Assembly (NCBI GenBank): GCA_958009085.1 | Contig: OY253681.1 | Span: 124,001 to 188,000, forward strand | DNA from: Protoeuglena noctilucae | Taxonomy: Eukaryota | Length of the DNA stretch: 64,000 nucleotides | Reading direction: 5' to 3' | Shown here: piece after piece, positions 49,483 to 61,664 of the stretch | How positions within the stretch are numbered: position 1 is the first letter of the stretch | Layout: every line of letters begins with the position of its first letter | Notes under the pieces: model-generated | Databases searched by the model: none | Told to the model about the DNA's origin: nothing | The model's input: only the letters and a program-made list of their open reading frames with translations | Position numbers and translations under genes: made by a program

Positions 49483-49838
49483 GGCTGCCCCCAGGCTCTT
49501 GAAAAGCCAACCAGGCGCTGGAGAGGCCCCGGGTCGCTCGAAGGGCCCGGAGGTGGTCGCAGAAAAAGTTGACCTAGGGCGCGGAGGGTCGCGACCGCGA
49601 TATCCAGCGCCGTGACGAGGGCGACTTCGACTTACGAATTGATACTCTGGAAGTCGAGGCGAGGCGGAAACCCTCTCGCTTGTGTCAGAAAAAGCGTTTC
49701 AAGCTAACCGCGGAAACCCAGAGGCCGCCGACCTTCCCCGCCCTTTGTCGCGATCCCCGCTGCACTCGCCGCCCTCCTCGCACCCAGCCGGTCGCCGAAG
49801 TTTCGCCTCCGAGCTCGAAAGGGACAGCCGGGACGAGC

Positions 49839-52063
49839 ATGTCCTTCTCTGTGATCGCTTCCCGCGCCCTGGGCTCCCTGCTCGGCTGCCGGCCGGTGGC
49901 GAGGTCGTCCCTGCAGCGCGGTGAGCCCCGGAGGGCGAGGAGGGCGCGGAAGGGGGCGCGCTGCTTTCCTGCACCTTCATTATCGCCGATTTCGACGGCC
50001 TGAATGCTCCCGCCATCGCATCTCTGCGCGGCCTGGGCGAAATGCGCCGGTGAACTCGTCGGTCCGCTCGATGGGGAACTGCGGGCCCTGGCTGCGGGTT
50101 TTCAGCATCCGCGGCGACGAGATGTCGAGAATGTATTGCGCACGCGTGCCCGCGTTTCCTGGGCGTGCCGATCCCCGCCGGCAGACGCGCGGGACCTGGG
50201 GTCCAGGAAGCAGCGGAGTTTGCGGCCCCGCGCCGGGCGGCGAGTCGGGCGCCCAGGCGAGCGCGGTCTCCGCCCTCCCCGCAGTGTGCTCGTGCGTCGC
50301 GTCCGCCCCCCTGCGCCCCGCGATGGCCGCGCCGGCCCAGCGGATGGTGGCGACCCGCGCCGCCGCCGCCGCCGTCGCCCAGCGGACTGCCGAGGGCCTC
50401 CAGGTGCCGCACGGCGGCAAGCTCGTGAACCTGATGGTCGACGAGTCCAAGGCCGCCGCCCTCAAGGCCGGCTGCAACCGCACGCTCGAGTGCTCGGACC
50501 GCAACGCCTGTGACGTCGAGCTCCTCGTGGTCGGCGGCTTCTCCCCCCTGGATGGCTTCATGTCCCAGGCCGACTACGAGTCGGTCGTGAAGAACATGCG
50601 CCTCTCCAACGGCCTCCTCTTCGGCCTCCCTATCGTGATGGACACCCGCGATGACTCCGTCCAGGCAAGAACCACGCCGAGTGTGTTGTGACGACCAGTA
50701 AGGGTGTCGTGGGGCACGCCGGGCGTCTGGATGAAGTCACACAGACATGAACAAGCCAGATCTCGCTTACTTCTCTTACACTGTGCCACATGGGCGCCCT
50801 CAGCTGCCAGGCTGACCCCGCCTGCGCGTTGCGTGCGCCTCAGGTCGGGGACAAGGTGCTGCTGACGTACAAGGGCGAGGAGCTGGCGGTGATGACGGTC
50901 GAGTCCAAGTACATGCCGAACAAGGTCGAGGAGGCCAAGCACTGCTACGGCACCACGTCCATCGAGCACCCCGCCGTGCGCATGATCACGATGGAGCGTG
51001 GGCCCATCTACCTGGGCGGCAAGGTCCAGGGCCTCAAGCTCCCCACCAGGATATTCAGCGCTTGCTGCCTCAGCGAGGGTCGATGACACGGCTGCAGGGT
51101 GGGGTGCTCTGCCATGGCGTCACCCTCACCGCTTGCACCACGTCTCCATCGCAGGGAGTACCAGGCGCAGACGCCGGCGCAGGTCCGCGCCACGCTCCCG
51201 GCCAACAAGGACGCTGTGGCCTTCCAGTGCCGCAACCCCATCCACCGCGCCCACTACGAGCTGTTCGTTCGCGCTCTCGACGCCCCCAATGTCGGCGAGG
51301 GCGCCGTGGTGCTCGTGCACCCCACCATGGGCCCCACGCAGGAGGACGACATTTCTGGCCTCATCCGCTACCGCACCTACGAGGTGCTGAAGGAGGAGAC
51401 CAACAACCCCGCCATCCGCTGGGCGTACCTGCCCTACTCCATGCACATGGCCGGGCCCCGCGAGGCCATCCAGCACATGATCATCCGCAAGAACTACGGC
51501 TGCACGCACTTCATCATCGGCCGCGACATGGCCGGGTGCAAGGCGAGAGGCGCTGATGTTGCTTGGGGGCGGCTGGGTGGGGTACGGGGGCGCAGGCGGG
51601 GCAGTGAGTGGGATGCGTGGTGGTGCTTGGTCGATGGCTGGGCTGGGGCATTCCGCTGCGTCACAACCTCGGCCGGCACGGCACTGCCCAGCCCTGGTGT
51701 GGCACCCTGAGAGCAGGGAAGCAACCACCGGGCATAACACACTGCACCCCGCCCCATCTCCCGCAGTCTTCGCTGACCGGGGATGACTTCTACGGCGCAT
51801 TCGACGCTCAGGATACGGCCAACAAGCACGCGGCGGAGCTGGGCATGCAGACGGTGCCGTCTCGCATGGTGGTGTACACGGAGGAGCATGGGTACGTCTA
51901 TGCCGAGGAGGCCAAGGAGCAGGGCCTGAACGTGCTGAAGCTGTCCGGGACGCAGTTCCGCAAGATGCTGCGCGGGGGCGAGGACATCCCCGAGTGGTTC
52001 GCGTTCAAGTCGGTCGTGTCGGTGCTTCGCGAGGCGGTGGCGGCCGAGAGCGACAGCGAGTGA
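49839..52063 (+). CDS. ATP sulfurylase (sulfate adenylyltransferase), probably plastid-targeted
   Basis: Ser/Arg/Ala-rich transit-like leader; PHGGKLVNL, GGFSPLDGFM, AFQCRNPIHRAHYE, MHMAGPREAIQHMIIRKNYGCTHFIIGRD, LSGTQFRKMLRGGEDIPEWF. Confidence 0.95.
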
Positions 52064-52609
52064 GGCGGGGGCGCGAGGGTGCGGGCGGGGAGGTGGAGTG
52101 TGACAGGGACGGGGCTGGGTGGGGCAGGGGGTGGGTGGTGACGATGCAGGTGCGGGTGCGGGTGCGGGTGCGATAGAGGCCGCGGCACGTGTCTGCCCCA
52201 GTGATGCGGCCCGCTGCCCGTCGTGACATCATCGGCGAGTGAGGCCATAGAACGGGTTCAATACCCTGTAGTAAGTTCTTGTTCATCTTGCTTCCCATAA
52301 GACTGACTCGAGGCACTGTGGCTGCTGCTTGAACGGCGCAGCGAGTGATGTGGTGTAGATTGTGGCGAATGCGCCATGGACAAACTGCTGCGACAGAGCA
52401 GCGTTACAACTCAGACGACAGCCGCGACGCAATAATGCCTGTTAGAAGGTCCCGCGCCTCGCGAATAGACACCGGGTCGAGTGCTGATGGCAGCTTGGGG
52501 ATGGCGTGGTCTGCAACGCACGAGATCCAAAGTCTATCAACCGAAGCCTTTATTCACGCCAAGGAATTTCCACCACAAGGCCCCATCGCATCGTCTCAGA
52601 AACAACCCT

Positions 52610-53989
52610 CTAAGAGAGAGGACCGCTGCCCGCGTGTGCCCGCGAGTGCAGGCGGCTGCGTCGCGCACCTGGGATCCCCATTGCCCTGGCCTCGTCCGCC
52701 AACGCCGCGTAAGCCCTGGCCCATCGCTCGAGCGTCCCGGCAGACACCCGCGCCCCGCTCTCGTCCCGCAGCTCCATCTCCCCAAGAACCACGTTCGCTG
52801 CACCGCCAACGCCATGCAGAGGCCCCCGCGACCCCGCCGCCCGCCGCGCCGCGCCCCGCGCCGCCGCGTCCCCCGCTGCCCGGCACCGCCCCACGACCGC
52901 CACGAATGGGTCACCACCCGCAGTGGACGTGGACGCGTCGTCCGCCCCTCGCAGGCCAGGGCCACCCACTCGGTCCCCGGCGCCATCGCACGCCACGTCA
53001 CCCACTACCTCCGCCTCCGCAAACCCCGCGCTGATCAGGTAGTCCGACACGAGCTCCGCCCGCTGGGGCATGTCCCTGTCGATCCACCCCACCACGGCCT
53101 TTTCGGGGTAGTAGTGCGAGGAGAACGAAACCACCATGACGCCGTCGTCGCGGAGGATGCGGCGGCACTCACGCATGACCTGCGCAGAGGCAGACAGCTG
53201 GTAGTCATGGCCTGACCGAGGGGGCGTGGCAGGTGTGTGAGCAGGCAAGCCACTCGCCTCCAGTGGGCGCGTGAGGAAGGCGAACCCGCTGCAGCAGAGG
53301 ACGGCGTCGATGGAGCGGTCCGGGACGGGGATACCGCTTCGGGAGCCGTTGAGGTCGGTGATGACAAACGTCGACAGCGCCGGGTTGGCCCGCAGCTCCT
53401 CCTGCGGGCCACGGAAGTGTTGCAGAGCTTCGATTCACAGCACTCCTCCATGATTGAATTGTGAATCATCGTTGGAAAGCGGTGCGTCGCGTGCTCGCCT
53501 CGTTCGCGCCGACACCGATGCAGGACGACAGGCGCAGGTCGTCGGGGAGGTGACTGGAGAAGCTGGAGCACAGGTCGAGGACGTGCGCACCCTCCTGAAG
53601 AGTGTCCGCGTATAGCGCCGACAGCCGCGCGCGGAAAGCGTCGTCTGAGCGCAGAGAAAGGTCCCAGACGATGCTAGGGTTGCAGACCGTAGTGGCGCGA
53701 GGTCGACACGGCGCGGGAGGCTCTCACCGGTGTGGTGAACGAAACAGGGACGGGCGTAGAAGAGCATGTCGGACGTATCGAGCCGTGCGAGCTCGTGGCC
53801 CTTCAAGAGGCGATCCGTGGGGACAAGCTGGAGTGGCTCAATCCGGAGGACATGACGCCAAACGTCACGGCCCCCAGGACGATCCCTTGGGTCAGTGCAA
53901 GCTCGGGCGAGCAGTCCACGCTCCGCGGAGCGCCGCACTGACCCAGGCGCCCCCCGAAGCGCTGGGGGGGTCAGGGATGCGCTGCTCAT
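52610..53989 (-). CDS. Class I SAM-dependent methyltransferase (type 11-like)
   Basis: D..FYARPCFVHHTDDAF, HVLDLCSSFSSHLP, GANEEELRANPAL, DLN, DAVLC, EVMRECRRILRDDG..VSFS..YPEKAVVGW. Start codon uncertain. Confidence 0.85.
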
Positions 53990-54201
53990 GGTCAACCAAC
54001 CCTTGATCGAAGGTAGTCCCGAATCGGCCAAGAAATCGCTTTTTTCCCATCAAAACAAGGAGCTGGGGCAAGGAATACCCCACAGCAAGAAAACGTATGT
54101 TTTCCATCCGGTTTTCAAAGCCTTCCGAGTCCTCTTTGACTTCCCTCGACTCCGACTTCCCAATTTGAGGGGCCCCACGCTCGTGGGATCTCCGAGCTGT
54201 C

Positions 54202-56140
54202 ATGGCAGCTTCCAGGTTTTGGTGCGGGCCTGATGACGACGAAACGAGCGACGGCGAGGATGCCGGCCCCAGCCCCGGTGGCGTGCGAGCGCTCAGCGTT
54301 CCCGAGTTGACTGCGAGCAGGTGCGTGATGCGCGCAGCCCCGCATAGGCGGCGCACAAAGCCAGCGACTGCGAACGACATCCAGCATTCGCGCAGCAGGA
54401 TTGCCGATGCCCTTTTCGCGGACGAGCGAGATGCAACGTGGCACGTGCATCATCGGCGTGCCACGCTCGACCTGGCGCTCGTCGTCGCGCAGCTATATCC
54501 TGGCTTGGACAAGAGGGCGCAGGCACTGGTGGAAGAATGGTGCAATCAAGCGCTCGTGACGTGTCCGCCGCTGGAGGGCAACGTGTCAGCGTGCACCAGG
54601 CTGATGCAGGCGGCCGAGCGGGCGGGGATGCCGGCCAAGCGCCTGGCCGCGCGGCAGCGGGCGTGGCGGCAGCGACAGATCGAGATTGCCCGCGCGACGG
54701 AGCCGCCGGTGGCCGAGGAGGAGCCCGACGGCGTGGCGGGGGTGCAGGCGAGCAGCACGCGATACAAAGGGTTAGCATGCCCACAAGTGCCTGAACACAG
54801 GCGCCCCAGCCCTAGCAGTGAGGGCTGCTGATTGTATCAGAGAGCCCCCCAACGTTTGGCCTCCCCAGGACCTGCCCGATGACGTCCTCCGCATGGTACT
54901 GTCGGCCCTCGCGCCGCGGGACTTGGCGCGGTGCATGTGCGTGAGCCGGTCGTGGCGCCGCGTGGCCAGCGACGGCGAGTGGTGGCGTCGCATCACGCAG
55001 GCCGTGGCGCCTTATCTCTCCGCTGCTGCCACGATCCCTTCAGGCGCCGCCATTGCCAACCCCTTGCCCCGCAACCCAGGTGAGCCCGACTGACGGCACC
55101 CGCCGCGTGCCTGGCTTGCACGGAGACACGTGAACACAAATGCAAATACAAACGGCATTCTCGCTCGCTCCCACGCAGGCCCCTGGCACGCGTGCCTGTC
55201 TACTGAGGTGCGGCGCATGGGGCCCACGGCAGCTGCGATGCTGGAGGCAGGGGTGCCAGTGCAATGGGGCCCGATGGCGGGACGGGCGGCGACGGGCGCA
55301 GGGGTCACTGACGCACCTGGTGTGGCAGAGGGCGATCGGGGCAGCGACCAGGGTGGCGATGGACCACGGGAGCCCTCACCCTCGCCATCACCCTCGCCAC
55401 CGCCACCGCCGCCCACGGCTGAGCCGCTGTGGACGGTGCTGCTTCGCGGGGACGCCCGGCCGGCCCAGGTCTCGCAGGCGCTTTGGTGGGAGCTATCGGC
55501 CTCTTGGCTGGCCGTGACTGCCAACTTGTCTCGATCGGGGCACGTGGCGAGGGAGGCCCTGGTCGCGAGGGCCCCGTCCACGATCGACGTCATGCTGCCG
55601 TGGGGGCGGGCGCTCAGACAGGAGGGCCAGGGCGCGTGCGGGGGTGGCGGCGGCGGTTTTGGAGACGGGGAGTTACCCACGGTAACACCGGGGCAGCTGG
55701 GTAGGTCAGAGATGGGCGGGGCGTCTGGGCTGCCCCGTGACACCCACCGCCCTGGGACTGGCCCAACGGCAGCAAGAGGAGGTGTTGCTGTAAGTGACCC
55801 TTCCAGTAGCAGGTGCCACGGGCTGCCGTTGGCGGGTGCGCGGATGGTGTATCCTTGCACGAGAGCGCTGCCCCTGCAGCGGCCTCGACACCGCCCCACG
55901 CCCGTGGCGGCTCTGCCTGTGGTGACTGCGTGGGTGCAGGGAGAGAGTGGGGGTGCTAGCGGGGGTGCGGGGAGGGGTGGGGTGGGTGGGGAAGCGTGCT
56001 TAATAGGTGCGGGGGGGCACGAGAGGGAGGGCAGGGCTGGGGTGGTTGCGAGCGATGGGAAGGGGGGCGTGGGTGGCAAGGGGAGGGGCGCGTTTGCGGG
56101 GTTGTTGGCGGAGGTGGACGGAGCGGATTTGGAAACATAA
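54202..56140 (+). CDS. F-box domain protein
   Basis: Exon at about 54870-55079 encodes DLPDDVLRMVLSALAPRDLARCMCVSRSWRRVASDGEWWRR; flanking exons splice in frame. Confidence 0.8.
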
Positions 56141-56487
56141 GGCGGGCAGTGCCTGTCATCGAGCTACTGAGCCACTTCTTAACCTAGATGCTGGACCAGA
56201 AGGATTTGAGCCTTGAAAGGAGTCTTGAGCAAAGCAGCAGTCCACAAGGGGAGTGCTAGAGAACGAGGGCGAGCACGCGCAGCCTAGCTGATGAGTGGTT
56301 TACCCAATTAGCGTAGCCTTTCTGACGCCCGCACAGCGGAAGGCGACATCCACGCCTGTTGCTAGTCGCCAGATACCAAACCCCCTACTCCAAGCTACGC
56401 CAGGGGCCTATCCAAGAAGGCCTCTCTTCGCGCCCCGAGGAACCAGACCTGAGCCAGGCCTGTTTTCAGGCACCCTGCCTTTGGCGT

Positions 56488-59400
56488 TCAGTGCTTGCGG
56501 GCCATGAGCATCTCGCGCATGGCGTTGAGCGCTGAGCCCGCCTTGAACCAGGTGAGTTGGTTGTCGTTGAAGGTGTGGTTGACCTGGAACTCGTACGTGG
56601 AGTTGTCGGCACGCTTGCCCACAACCTTGAGGGGGACGCCCTCCTTGGGAGGGAGGCCCACGATGGAGAGGCGGTCCGAGGGGGCGATCTGGGGGGGGTG
56701 AGGGTGAGTGGGGGTAGCAGTGAGGGTGGGAATGAGGGTGGGGGTGGCAGTGAGGGTGAGGGTGGGGGTGTTGGCGGGGGAGGGGGTGGCAGGAGGGCGG
56801 GGTTGGTAACGCAGCTGATGGTGCGTTCCCTCGCAAGCAAGTGCGCACATACACACGAGCGTAATCATGCAAGTGCATGCCACTCCGTGTCCCTCTCTTC
56901 TCGCCTTGTCGTAGTCGGCGGGGTTGGCGAAGGTGAGCGGGAGCATGCCCTGCTTCTTCAGGTTGGTCTCGTGGATGCGCGCGAAACTCTTCACGATGAC
57001 CGCCACGCCGCCCAGGTGGCGGGGCTCCAGGGCCGCGTGCTCGCGGGAAGAGCCCTCGCCTGGGGGTAGCAGTGGGGGTGAGGGTGAGGGTGTCAATGAG
57101 GGTGAGGGTGCGAGTGAGAGTGCGAGTGAGAGTGAGGGTGTGAATGGGCAAGGGTGATGGCAGGGGTAGCTGTGGTGCCAATGCCTTTCATCTCTAGCTC
57201 CTACCCCTCATCTCTCACCGTAGTTCTCGTCGCCCACCACCACCCACGGCAGCCCGGCCTTCTTGTACGCCCTCGCCGTGTCTGGCACCGCCCCCAGCTG
57301 CCCCGTCAGCACGTTCCGCACGCTGTTGATCGCGTCGTTGTCCGCGTTCACCGCCCCGATCAGGAGGTTGTTGGAGATGTTGTCGAGGTGGCCGCGGTTC
57401 TTGAGCCAGGGGCCGGCCATCGAGATGTGGTCGGTCGTGCACTTGCCCTTGGCCTTGATCAGGATGGCCGCGTCCTGGGGAGGGGGGCGGGGGGAGGGGG
57501 GGTTGTTAGGTGGGGTGAAGGGGTGGTAGAGTGGGTGAGGGGTGGTGACAAGGGAGGGGTGGTGGGGCGGGAGTGCAGGGGTGCTGACGGGAGAGGTGAC
57601 GGAAAGTTAATATATAGTTGGGTGCAGGTGTCACTCATCACATCGATCGTCGAGTATGATCACCTGGACGTCCTTGCCGTCCCACTTGTTGAAGGGCTGC
57701 AGGAGCTGCAGGCGCTGGGAGCTGGGGTCCACCACCACGCTGATGCCGTCGCGCTGGGCCTTGTCGGTGGGGGGAGCCTGGAACGTGTCCTTGCCAAGGT
57801 CGAAGCCCTGAGGGGGGTTGAGAGTGGTGGTGATGGACGAGTGAAATGCATGGGAGGTGTGGTTGCCCATCGCACGCTAGGACGCTGTCAGCCCACCCCC
57901 ATCCCCCCTGCTGCTCTGCCACTCACCTTCTTGGGCAGCTCGTCCCCCAACTGCTCACCCACCCCACCGCTCTACCATCATAACCCCCACCTCCCCCACC
58001 ACTCGCCTTCTTGGGCAGCTCGTCCCCCTCCGGCGGCGCCAGTGACACCTCCGTCCCGTCCGCGGCCACCAGCTTGTCCGTCTCGGGGTTGAAGGTGAGG
58101 TCGCCCGCGATGGCGAACGCCGTCACCACCTCGGGGGACGTCACGAAGGCGTGCGTGCCAGGGTTGCCGTCGTTGCGGCCCGTAAAGCTGCAAGGAGGGT
58201 GGGGTGGGGTGGGGTGGGGTGAGGTGAGGTGAGTGAGGCAGCTTGGGGTGAGGTGGTGAGGAGGTGAGGAGGTAAGGTGAGGCGTGTGCGGGGCGGGGAA
58301 GCGGGGCGAGCGTCACATGGCGATGGGCTGTGGAACGTGCCACAATCCACATCCCCTCTCCCATCTGCCAAAGTAACAGTGACTCACTTGCGGTTGTAGG
58401 AGGTGACGATAGAGTTCTTCTCCCCCTTCTTGACGTCCGTCCGCTTCCACTGCCCGATGCAGGGGCCGCACGCGTTGGCCAGCACCGTGCCCCCCACCTT
58501 CTCAAACACCTCCAGCAGGCCGTCGCGCTCGATCGTCGCGCGGATCTGCTCGGAACCGGGCGTGATCATGAACGGGACCTGGAGGGAGAGGGGGGACATC
58601 GTAAGGATATGGGCGATGGCGTCACGCCCGTTGATGCCCCACGCAGCAACCTCAATCTGTAGTACCCGCCCCTCAACGCATGGCCTTACTGCACCCCCGC
58701 ACGTTGCACACAATCTTCGTTTTACTGCTCCTAAACTAACACCCTCCCACCCACTTTCGCACACCCCAGAGCCTCCCCACGCACACCCCACGCCCCTCAC
58801 CTGCGCCTTGATCCCGGCCTTGAGCGCCTGCCTGGCCACGGCCGCCGCCCGCGCCATGTCCTCATACGAAGAGTTGGTGCAGCTGCCGATGAGGGCGGCC
58901 TTGAGCTCCGCGGGCCAGCCGTTGGCGCGCACGGCCTCGCCCAGCTTGGAGATGGGCGTGGCGAGGTCGGGCGTGAAGGGCCCGTTCACGTGGGGTTCCA
59001 GGGCGCTCAAGTCGATCTCGATGAGCTGGTCGTACGAGGCACCCTCGTCGGGGCGCAGGTACTCCTTGAACGAATCGGCGAGGCTGGCGGCGGGCTCGCG
59101 GCCCGTGGCAGCCAGGTAGTCGTACATGCGGCGGTTGAAGGGGAAGAGGGAGGTCGTGGCGCCGATCTCGGCGCCCATGTTGCAGATCGTGCCCATGCCC
59201 GTGCAGGAGATGTTGTCCACCCCCGGGCCGTGGTACTCGACGATCGCCCCCGTGCCGCCCTTGACGGTCAGGATGCCCGCCAGCTTGCAGATGACGTCCT
59301 TGGGGGAGGTCCACCGGGACATCTTGCCCGTCAGGCGCACACCGATCACCTGGGGGGAGAGGGGGCGGGTGAGTGTGAGTGTGCTTGCGCATTGCGAGTG

Positions 59401-61134
59401 GCAGCAGCGTCACATGTCCAACGCACGTGACGTGAAAAACGCAGCATGCACCATCTGTCAACGAGTGCCAAGCCCCACACACACTCCAACATGCAACAAC
59501 CCCCCTCCCTCTAACCTTAGGGCACTTGAGCTCCCAGGGCATCCCCGCCATGACGTCGACCGCGTCCGCACCCCCCACGCCCACCGCCACCATGCCCAGC
59601 CCACCCGCGTTGGGCGTGTGCGAGTCCGTGCCGATCATGAGACCCCCGGGGAAGGCGTAGTTCTCCAGGATAATCTGGTGGATGATGCCAGAACCGGGGC
59701 GCCAGAAACCGATGCCAAACTTGGCGCCGGCGGAGGAGAGGAAGTTGAAGACCTGGGCGGGGAGAGGGAGAGGGAGAGGGGGGTGGGGAGAGCGAGGGAG
59801 TGTGTCGACATGACATAGATGCACGGTACTCATGCATTGCATCCGGGGGTAACGCGTGGACCCATCCATCCCCATTCATCAAACAAGAGACGACCCGTGA
59901 GACAGACATTGTATATTTGTATCCACAAGACAGGCACTGCACACTCTGCATCCCCCTTCTCACCTCCTGGTTGTTCTTGAGGGCGTACTTCATGTCGGCC
60001 ACGGCGCCGAACTTGCCCTCTCGGTCCTCCTGGGGGGACGTGGTGCCCTCGATCAGGTGGTCGCAGTGGATGGTGGTAGGGACTGCGAGTGAAGCGAGGG
60101 GGGGGGTTGATGTCAGAGATCAACAGGGTCACAGACAATGGTGGTCGGGGACGGGCGCGTTGGGAGCTGAGATGCTAAAACGAAAGATTGGGTGCGCTGT
60201 GCGAGGGGAGCAGTGGCGGTCCGGTCGGATTGTCTTGTTCGCGACGAAGAGCGGCGGGAAGGGGGTAGCGGTATGCACGACAGTCGCGGCGCGGGAAGCG
60301 CTTGCTGGCCCAACCAAGCCCGGCGCGCACCGGCGGTGGTGGGGAGACCCGAGGAGATGAACTGCAGCACGGCCATCTGCGCCGTGGCGTCCTGCATCGC
60401 CACGCGATCGGGGCGGAGGCGGAGGTAGGACTTGCCGCGCACGATCTCCTGAGCCGAGGGGTCGTCGAGGTGCCCGTAGACCACCTTCTCCGCCAGCGTC
60501 AGCGGCTGCAGAGGAAAAGGAAACGACGCAGGGGTCATCGCGGGCGAGGGGCGGCCGGAGATCTCCGCAGGCGGGCACCTTGCCCTCCGCCCGCAGCGAG
60601 GGCCGCACCCGGTTCAGGCGCTTCCGGACGATCGACAGGTTGTCCTCAATCTTCTTGTACCGGTCATTGATCAGCTCGGAGTGCTCGTAGCGCGACATGG
60701 GGGCCTTGGCGGCGCCCGCGAGCACGCTCATGGCGCGGCGTAAGATGGCGGGCGTCTGGTGGCCATCGGCCACCGCCCTGGAGCCCTGCGGGAGGTGAAG
60801 TGCGAGCGATTGACACCAGCGACACGCCGGCATCCGCACGTCGCCGCTTGCGCGTCGCGGTCAGCCGCGGAGGGGGGGGGCTGGCACCGTTGGGGCGGTT
60901 CCGGGCGCGGGTGGCGCCGGGGAGGGTTACAAAGGCATACGGGAGCATCGACCGAGAAATCAACGCATCGGGAGGGATGGGGAGGGTCCGGCCGCAGCAG
61001 CGAGGCCATCCGACGGGCCGGGGCGGGTGAGGCGGGCGCGGGCGACAATGGGGTGGTCATCAGGGCCGCGCGGCGCATTCCGATGAAACTTCGGCAAATG
61101 ACTCACGCACGGGCGTCAGCAGACGCCGTGCCAT
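56488..61134 (-). CDS. Aconitate hydratase, mitochondrial ACO2 type
   Basis: [112 protein letters not shown]. First exon (MARRLLTP at 61134) is tentative. Confidence 0.95.
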
Positions 61135-61664
61135 GCGCTCCAGCGGGCGGAAACCGCGAGCATGGACCCCGGGCAAGGCTGCCGCTCCCCCCTCGCGGGC
61201 GACCCTTATTCCGCTAAGATCCTTGAACGCGGGTAGAGTATGCATCAAAATCGACCCGACGAGCCTCCCAACGGCGCAGGCAGGTGTGCAAGCGCGCCGC
61301 GGGAAGGCTTCTGCGCTCACCTTCAGGGCCGAGTACCTCCAGCGATTCATCTTGCACCGTGGGTGCGAAGGTGTGGGGAAACGGCCCACGAACCGGCGCA
61401 GATGAAGCGGGCGGGCAGGGATTGTTGCGCTGACACTTGGCTGACCGCAGTTCTTCAGGGAGACGGCCGATGGAGCCCGCGAGTCCACTGCCGCCATCAG
61501 AAGCCGCCTCTCCCCCCCGCCGTCGCCGCCCTATCCGCAAGCAGCGAGCGCAGAGGTCACTTGCGTCGCCGTGTTGACTCTTCGACATCGCTGCGCCTAG
61601 GCTCGTCCTCAGGGCTCTGGAACCGAACGGCTGGGGAGCCCCGTCGGTGCGGACGGTGGCAGCG

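Noticed and set aside
56695..57145. (TGAGGG)n-like runs as interstitial telomere
   Set aside because: Degenerate, confined to intron 3' ends, no TTAGGG or TTTAGGG arrays; better explained as intronic C-rich repeats
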